Positions 58,171-64,000 of a DNA stretch of 64,000 nt are shown here, piece after piece. This DNA is from an uncultured Clostridia bacterium. GTDB lineage: Bacteria > Bacillota > Clostridia > Christensenellales > Borkfalkiaceae. Positions within the stretch are counted from its first letter, which is position 1. Each line of letters opens with the position of its first letter. The DNA lies in NCBI GenBank assembly GCA_934796775.1, contig CAKVPH010000008.1, forward strand, positions 19,136 to 83,135. The letters run 5' to 3'. The translations under genes and the position numbers were made by a program. The notes beneath the pieces are model-generated. The model was given only the letters and a program-made list of their open reading frames with translations, did not search any database and was not told where the DNA came from.

Positions 58171-58252
58171 TGCCTTTTTTAGGGCGTTTATAATTTATAA
58201 GTTGCGTCTTTTATTTTTTTTAAATGCAACGCGCTAAGGTTTTATAAAAAAA

Positions 58253-58792
58253 TCACAAAGATTCGCCTAGTTCATAGGCAAGGCGAACCGCGTCGGTGTG
58301 AGTTTTTGCTACTCCGCCTCCGCTCATATCCCCGCCGGTGGCAATTCCGTACAGTGCCGATTTTTCAAAACAATCAACAAACCCTCTTAGTCCGTTGTAA
58401 GCTTTATCAAATACATATGCGCCTTCGTCTGCGGCCGTGGCTATCATATAAACTTTTCTGAATTTGTAATCGCGACTGTAAAGCGGGTTAAGCCTGTCTA
58501 TAAACGTTTTCATTTGTCCGCTCATTTCGTAGTAATAAACGGGCGTTGCAAAAATAAGCACGTCGGCGTTTTTTACTTTTTCCAAAATCTCGCAAACGTC
58601 GTCTTTAATAACGCATATTCCGCTTTTCTGGCAGGCAAGGCACCCTAGGCAAAAGGATATTTTTTTGCCTTTCAGCGTAACAAATTCAACTTCGTTTCCC
58701 GCGCTTTTTGCTCCTTTTTCGCATTCTCTCGCAAGATATTCCGAATTGCTGTTTTCCCTTAAACTTGTAGAAATAATTAAAATTTTGCTCAT
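58253..58792 (-). CDS. flavodoxin-fold NAD(P)H-dependent FMN reductase / iron-sulfur flavoprotein-like protein
   Basis: ILIISTSLRENSNS, Cys cluster CLGCLACQKSGIC, ATPVYYYEMSGQMK; start trimmed to ATG 58792. Confidence 0.7.
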   Translation of the reverse strand: MSKILIISTSLRENSNSEYLARECEKGAKSAGNEVEFVTLKGKKISFCLGCLACQKSGICVIKDDVCEILEKVKNADVLIFATPVYYYEMSGQMKTFIDRLNPLYSRDYKFRKVYMIATAADEGAYVFDKAYNGLRGFVDCFEKSALYGIATGGDMSGGGVAKTHTDAVRLAYELGESL

Positions 58793-58856
58793 AGTAATTC
58801 CTGCTTTTTGCCTGAAATAATTGTAAAATCTTGCAAGCAAGTTTGCAACTTTTTTT

Positions 58857-59066
58857 TTACAAATTATCGCGACCTAACAACTCGTCGGTCGTAACGTCAA
58901 AAAAATCAGCAATCAAACACAGCGTTTGCACGTCGGGTTCGCTTCTGCCCATCTCGAGATATGAAACTCTGCGCTGAGTCGTGCCTAACTCCTTTGCCAA
59001 TTCTTTTTGCGTTAAATTTTTTTGTAAACGTAATTCCTTTAAATTTTTTGCAAAAATTTGTATCAT
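58857..59066 (-). CDS. XRE-family helix-turn-helix transcriptional regulator (69 aa)
   Basis: LTQKELAKELGTTQRRVSYLEMG HTH; no SD; a TATAAT lies 7 nt upstream of the ATG, suggesting a leaderless mRNA. Confidence 0.8.
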   Translation of the reverse strand: MIQIFAKNLKELRLQKNLTQKELAKELGTTQRRVSYLEMGRSEPDVQTLCLIADFFDVTTDELLGRDNL

Positions 59067-59076
59067 ATAAAAATTA

Positions 59077-59092
59077 TAGACAAAAAGTGTCT
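59077..59092. promoter_or_regulatory. operator 1: TAGACAAAAAGTGTCT (AGACA-N5-TGTCT palindrome)
   Basis: Abuts the minus-strand -10 (59073-59078) of the XRE gene. Confidence 0.65.
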
Positions 59093-59099
59093 TAATAAT

Positions 59100-59128
59100 T
59101 TGACTTAGACAAAAAGTGTCTGTATAAT
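59100..59128 (+). promoter_or_regulatory. divergent plus-strand sigma-A promoter with operator 2 (59106-59121) filling its spacer
   Basis: TTGACT, 17 nt (TAGACAAAAAGTGTCTG), TATAAT; operator 2 is identical to operator 1. Confidence 0.65.
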
Positions 59129-59389
59129 ATAAAAGTAAAAATATAGAAAAAACAAAAATACCATTGCAGCCGATAAAAAGTATAAACGGTTATTCATGCA
59201 AAAATATTGAGTAGATGACGAATGTTTTACCTATATATATTTGCAAATTAAATTACAATAGTGTATAATAAAAACAGGTATCTATGTAAAAAATAATTAA
59301 AGGATACCGCTTAAAAACTATTTAATTTTTTGTAAATCCGCTTTAAGGCGGATAAAGTGCAATCACTTAGCGGTTTGTTGAAAGGAATG

Positions 59390-60445
59390 ACTATGGAAAA
59401 AGAGCTTACACTGATTCTTCGCACGCTTAAGCAAAAAACGGGCATATCCGTTGACGTATATACCACGGGTTACGAGTATTTATTCTCGGCGGGCGAAAAA
59501 ACGCCGTTTGTTTTTATGGGCGATTATACCGACGGTTTGCAGGATAAAAGGCAGAACGCCACCGTATTTCGTTTTCGCTTTAAGCGCGAAAATTATATAG
59601 GGGTTATAGGCGGCAGTACCGAAGTTGAACGAAATTACGCTCTTTTCATTTGCAATTATCTTGAAAACAGCGGAATACAAGATGACAATCTGCCTCGTAC
59701 CGATTTTTTGCGCGCAATAGTTTTTGGCGAATGCAGCAGTATGCAGATAGTCAAATTCATGCGTAAATTTTCCGTTCCTGCGGTTCCTTGTTATATTTTA
59801 TCAATTACCGTAGAATCGGGCAGGGATATAGACGAAACAATAGACTTTTTGGATAACTACTCCATAAACGGGCTTGATACCGCAATAAGCATAAACGAAA
59901 ATATGTGCGTTTTCGTAAAGTTCATAACCAGCGAGAACGAATCGGAATATCAGTCGCCCGTAGACTTTGCCGAAATTTTTGCCCGTTCATTGTTTGAAGA
60001 AACGGGCGTAAAAGTTAAAGTGGGCGTTGGCGGAACGGTAAGGAGTTTATCAGAAGCCGTACAGTCTTATAATCAGGCAGAAAGCGCGTTAAAGCTCGGT
60101 ATGTCGTTCGGGCTAAAAAGCTCGGTTCATTCTTATAAGGAATTTATACTTTACAAAATGCTTGAAGAGTTACCGCCGCTAAAGCTTGCCGCGTTTTATA
60201 ATACGCTGTCCGACGGAGAGGCAAAAAGCATTTTTACCGATCCCGAAATGATATCAACTGCGGAAGAATTTCTCGAAAACAACTTAAACGTAAGCGAAAC
60301 CGCCCGCAAACTATATATGCATCGGAATACTTTAACCTATAGGCTGGATAAAATCGAGCGAGCCACAGGACTTAACATAAGGAATTTTTCCGACGCCGTA
60401 ACTTTCAGGTTAAGCAATCTTTTATATAAGATCTTAAATAAATAA
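59390..60445 (+). CDS. PucR/CdaR-family transcriptional regulator
   Basis: C-terminal HTH ETARKLYMHRNTLTYRLDKIERATG; start uncertain (GTG 59357, ATG 59390 or ATG 59396). Confidence 0.7.
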   Translation, partial: TMEKELTLILRTLKQKTGISVDVYTTGYEYLFSAGEKTPFVFMGDYTDGLQDKRQNATVFRFRFKRENYIGVIGGSTEVERNYALFICNYLENSGIQDDNLPRTDFLRAIVFGECSSMQIVKFMRKFSVPAVPCYILSITVESGRDIDETIDFLDNYSINGLDTAISINENMCVFVKFITSENESEYQSPVDFAEIFARSLFEETGVKVKVGVGGTVRSLSEAVQSYNQAESALKLGMSFGLKSSVHSYKEFILYKMLEELPPLKLAAFYNTLSDGEAKSIFTDPEMISTAEEFLENNLNVSETARKLYMHRNTLTYRLDKIERATGLNIRNFSDAVTFRLSNLLYKILNK

Positions 60446-60472
60446 AAAATTAAAAAAAAAGGACGTTTTCTT

Positions 60473-61924
60473 ATGGAAAACAATCAGAACAAAAAACTTC
60501 AGGACGAAGTAATCGAAAACACTCAGCCAAAAGGCGTTTCGGCAAAGACCGAAACGGATGAAGACGCGTCTTTAATAGTCACTAAAGACAAAAAGACCAT
60601 AGTAAAACGGACAACCGTCCTTATTGCAAAAATCGTTGCGGTATTTGTAGCTATAGTAATTTCGTTTATGCTCGGCTTCGGTGCTAAATATGCCGTCAGC
60701 GACGACGATTATCTGTCGCTTAGCTTTATTTTTGATGCGTATAAACGGCTTTATTACGACGCAAAAGACACAAGTCTTCCCGATGCGCTTGTAGAAGCAC
60801 TTATGGATCGTTATTCCGATTATTATACCGCCGAAGAATATCAGACGAGAATAAACGAAAGCAAAGGCTCGCGCGAGGGATTCGGCATTTCGCTCAGCGG
60901 ACTTAAGATTTATAAAATAACGGGTAATTCTCCTGCCGAAAAAAGCGGGTTGCAGCCCGGCGGCGTTATTACGGAATACAAAAAGATCGGAGACGATAGT
61001 TTTATCGCAGCCGAAACAAACGAAAAGATCACCGAATTTTTAAGTTCGGTAAAGGCAAACGACGGTGTTGTTATGCGCGTTAAATACGACGAAGAAATTC
61101 ATGAATATACGGTTAGAAAGCAAGCTTACAGAGAAACTTACGTTTATTACGAAGACTTAAGCGGTCGCTATCGTTTTTCCGACGATAACCCCAAAAATAT
61201 AATTATGATTACAAAGTACGGCGAATCGAGTTTATCGCTCGGCGAGGACTGGGGCTATATAAAATATACCTCTTTTTACGGTGTAAACAACGGCATCAGC
61301 GGCAGCAGTAAACAATTTACCACCGCGATCGATATGTTTTTTGAAAACGGCAGAAAAAATCTTATAATAGATTTAAGGGATAACGGCGGCGGATATCTGT
61401 CTATCCTTCAAAAACTGAGCGGAGTATTGTGCCGCGAATTGCCGGGAAATATTAAAGACCGGTATAGCGGAAACGGCTGCCAGAAAGCAATACACCGTAA
61501 CGGCGAAGATATTTACGGCATCGATATGACGGACGCTGCCGACGATAAAAAAGTAAGATATGCCGAACGCATTGAAAAAATAGTGTTTTTAGCAAACTCT
61601 GGTTCGGCTTCCGCATCCGAAGCTTTAATGGGTTCGGTACTCGATTACGATAAATTCTCGGGCGCAAATTGCACCCGCGTAATACTCGACGCCACTTACG
61701 AAAACGGCAAGGAAGTATTCAGAAGTTACGGTAAGGGCATAATGCAGTCCACAATAACCAACGCGCGCACGGGCGAAGCGTTAAAGCTTACAACTGCAAA
61801 ACTTTACTGGCCGCTTTCGGGTATCAGTATTCACGGCGTAGGTTTAACTCCCGAGCTGGACGAAAGAATTTTTGCTTCCGACGGCGATCCTATTAAAATG
61901 GCGCAAACAAAGGTTTTTAACTAA
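60473..61924 (+). CDS. S41 family C-terminal processing peptidase, membrane anchored
   Basis: N-terminal TM helix, PDZ (ITGNSPAEKSGLQPGGVI), DLRDNGGGY, SGSASASE. Confidence 0.8.
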   Translation: MENNQNKKLQDEVIENTQPKGVSAKTETDEDASLIVTKDKKTIVKRTTVLIAKIVAVFVAIVISFMLGFGAKYAVSDDDYLSLSFIFDAYKRLYYDAKDTSLPDALVEALMDRYSDYYTAEEYQTRINESKGSREGFGISLSGLKIYKITGNSPAEKSGLQPGGVITEYKKIGDDSFIAAETNEKITEFLSSVKANDGVVMRVKYDEEIHEYTVRKQAYRETYVYYEDLSGRYRFSDDNPKNIIMITKYGESSLSLGEDWGYIKYTSFYGVNNGISGSSKQFTTAIDMFFENGRKNLIIDLRDNGGGYLSILQKLSGVLCRELPGNIKDRYSGNGCQKAIHRNGEDIYGIDMTDAADDKKVRYAERIEKIVFLANSGSASASEALMGSVLDYDKFSGANCTRVILDATYENGKEVFRSYGKGIMQSTITNARTGEALKLTTAKLYWPLSGISIHGVGLTPELDERIFASDGDPIKMAQTKVFN

Positions 61925-61943
61925 ATAATAATAGTAAAAACAG

Positions 61944-61985
61944 TAAAAAATACCGGCAAGGATTAAGTTCCTTGCCGTTTTTTTT
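61944..61985. terminator. bidirectional terminator
   Basis: CGGCAAGGA/TCCTTGCCG stem flanked by A7 and T8. Confidence 0.85.
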
Positions 61986-63996
61986 ACTCTTCCCACCATT
62001 CTTTATTTTTAAAATCGTCTTTTTCGCAAACCAGAATTTCAGGCAGAACGTATTTTTCTCCGTAAAGTTTTTCGCCGCCCGATATCTGAACGTAAGGCGT
62101 TACGGTGTACGAGTAAACACCGTCTTTTAAGTTTTTATCAAAAAACTCCGCTTTATCGCATTCAAAAGTAGTTGTTTTCCCGTTTTTATCCGTCCTTAAA
62201 ATTTCATAGCCTACAAAATCGTTTTTTTCTACGGTTATTTTTGCGCCGTCGTTTACTTTTTCTATTTTAACGTCTTTTATTTTTGGCGAAAGGTAGTAGT
62301 CGGAAATTTTTGACGGAACGTTCGATGCTAAAAAACTACTTTCAAAAGTATATCTTTCGGGTTGACCGTCGGGGGCGAGCAAAAGCTTTAAATCGTCGTA
62401 TGCAAACTTGCACAGTCTTACTCTTTTAACCTGAGCCGATTTCTTAAAATCTTTGGGCGGATTATCTTTATAGTATTCGTCCATTACGTCGCCTAAAAAC
62501 GAAGCCGCCCGCGCACCCGTAAAATCGTTGGGTAAAAGGCTTGAGCTTTCCGCACTTATTCTAAGAGATATCACGTCTTGAGAAGTATAACAAACGGAGT
62601 AAACGTCGGTGTTTCCCTTTGCCGTTCCGTTTGTTCCGGTTTTTGCCGCAACCTGAAATTTTTTACCCGAAAGTGCTTTTGCCGTTCCCGTTTCCGCACA
62701 TTTTTTTAACATATCGGTAATGAGTTCTGCCGTGCCTTCGCTAAAAACCTGCACGGGATTTATCTTGTCCGACTGTATCGATAATCGACCTATAGCGGCA
62801 CTTTTTATAAAATGAGCGGGGTAAAACGTGCCGCCTGAACAAAAAACGGTGTACGCTGCGGAAAGGGCAGAAAGCGTGCAGCCGTCGTCAAATACGCCCA
62901 AGGCAATCGACAGTCCGTTTTCATTTATGGGAATTTGCAACTTATCGGTAAATTGTTTTGCTTTATTTGGCGTTACGCTTTCAAGTATTTTTACCGCGGG
63001 AACGTTAAGACTTTTTGAAAGGCAATCTTCCGCCGCCGTCCAACCGTAGTATTTATCGCCGTAATTTTTGGGCGAGTATCCAGAAAAATCCGTTTTTTCG
63101 TCGTTGATTTTTGTTGCGGGCGAGATTATTTTAAGCTCTGTTGCCGGCGCATATACGAGCAGGGGTTTTATAGCGGAGGCAGGCATTCTTTTTTTGTCGC
63201 CGCTGTCAAAATATACGGCTTTTACGCCGCCTGTTTTTGAAATGATATACGCGCTTTTATCGTAACTTTCGCATTCCGAAATACCGTTTAAGGCGGCTTG
63301 CGCATTTTTATCGAAATACGTGTAAACGTGAATCGTATTTTTTTCGTAAGGGCTTATTTTAAAACGGGAAAAAAGTTCGTTTTCGGCGTATGAAAAGTAA
63401 GAAATGTTTTCGGGCGTATTAAGTTCCGCGCTCTTTTTGCTTTCAGATGAATATTCCTGCTCTGATATGAGATTTTGTTTTAACATAAGCGATAAAACAA
63501 GGTTTTTTCTTGAAAAATTATTGCTTGAAGCGGGCGAATAGTTCGCGGGCGATTTTACGGTTGCCGCCAAAGCTGCCGCTTCGCTTAGCGTAAGATCTTT
63601 CGCACTCTTTGAAAAGTAGGTTTTTGCCGCGTTTTCTATTCCGTATGCGCCGTTGCCGAAGTATATGGAATTTAAATAAAACTCAAGAATCCGGTCTTTA
63701 GTGTATTTTTTTTCTAATGCTAAGGCAAGTTTAATTTCGCAAAGCTTTCGTTTTATGGTTTTTTCGGAAGATAAATGAGTATTTTTTATAAGTTGCTGGC
63801 TTATAGTAGAGCCGCCTTCCGCCGCTTTGCCCTTTAAAATATTGCTTTTTGCGGCACGCAAAAGCGCGTAAAAATCAACTCCTCCGTGCGAATAAAAACG
63901 CTTATCTTCAACTGCTATAAAGGCGTTTTTAACATAAACGGGCAGTTCGTTTAGAGCTATAAAAGATTTTGTGTTGCCGCTTTTTGCAAAAAGCAC
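61984..63996 (-). CDS. class A penicillin-binding protein (transglycosylase/transpeptidase); N-terminus lies beyond the window
   Basis: GT51 motifs EDKRFYSHGGVD and GGSTISQQL; transpeptidase SAIKP, SLN, KTGT. Confidence 0.85.
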   Translation of the reverse strand: MLFAKSGNTKSFIALNELPVYVKNAFIAVEDKRFYSHGGVDFYALLRAAKSNILKGKAAEGGSTISQQLIKNTHLSSEKTIKRKLCEIKLALALEKKYTKDRILEFYLNSIYFGNGAYGIENAAKTYFSKSAKDLTLSEAAALAATVKSPANYSPASSNNFSRKNLVLSLMLKQNLISEQEYSSESKKSAELNTPENISYFSYAENELFSRFKISPYEKNTIHVYTYFDKNAQAALNGISECESYDKSAYIISKTGGVKAVYFDSGDKKRMPASAIKPLLVYAPATELKIISPATKINDEKTDFSGYSPKNYGDKYYGWTAAEDCLSKSLNVPAVKILESVTPNKAKQFTDKLQIPINENGLSIALGVFDDGCTLSALSAAYTVFCSGGTFYPAHFIKSAAIGRLSIQSDKINPVQVFSEGTAELITDMLKKCAETGTAKALSGKKFQVAAKTGTNGTAKGNTDVYSVCYTSQDVISLRISAESSSLLPNDFTGARAASFLGDVMDEYYKDNPPKDFKKSAQVKRVRLCKFAYDDLKLLLAPDGQPERYTFESSFLASNVPSKISDYYLSPKIKDVKIEKVNDGAKITVEKNDFVGYEILRTDKNGKTTTFECDKAEFFDKNLKDGVYSYTVTPYVQISGGEKLYGEKYVLPEILVCEKDDFKNKEWWEE
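62779..62808 (+). repeat. dispersed motif, intragenic copy g (antisense to the PBP gene)
   Basis: CGATAATCGACCTATAGCGGCACTTTTTAT; 25/27 identical to copy a over the core. Confidence 0.8.
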
Positions 63997-64000
63997 TTCG

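Overview
This is a moderately AT-rich chromosomal segment with Firmicutes/Clostridia features: GGAGG-type RBSs, sigma-A TTGACA/TATAAT promoters, a CIRCE operator, and spoVT-yabM-yabN synteny that suggests an endospore former. Housekeeping genes include fba, galK, gyrB-gyrA, dus, a class A PBP, an S41 peptidase, an M32 carboxypeptidase, spoVT, tRNA-Pro(CGG) and tRNA-Ala(GGC). Accessory blocks: (1) a NitT/TauT-type ABC importer behind a TM1266-like small protein. (2) An orphan mazF toxin, followed by a CIRCE-controlled hsp20. (3) A four-gene operon whose first product fuses a YwaF/TMEM164-like membrane domain to an ABC ATPase. (4) A roughly 13 kb glycan-utilisation locus with two paralogous GH-like TIM-barrel proteins and a lectin-like surface protein encoded between the two permease genes. 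(5) A roughly 7 kb redox island next to tRNA-Pro that carries lipoprotein-anchored versions of an aldo/keto reductase and a flavodoxin. (6) A TetR-DUF998-GNAT-vat operon. The most unusual non-genic signal is a 30-35 nt motif (consensus about AATATGCGATAAYCGAMYTATAGCGGCACTTTTT). It has 5 intergenic copies, always 3-prime of and co-oriented with a gene, and at least 4 further copies inside conserved CDSs in different reading frames. No integrase, transposase, CRISPR array, rRNA or recognisable defence operon was seen. All calls come from reading motifs by eye; no database search was run.
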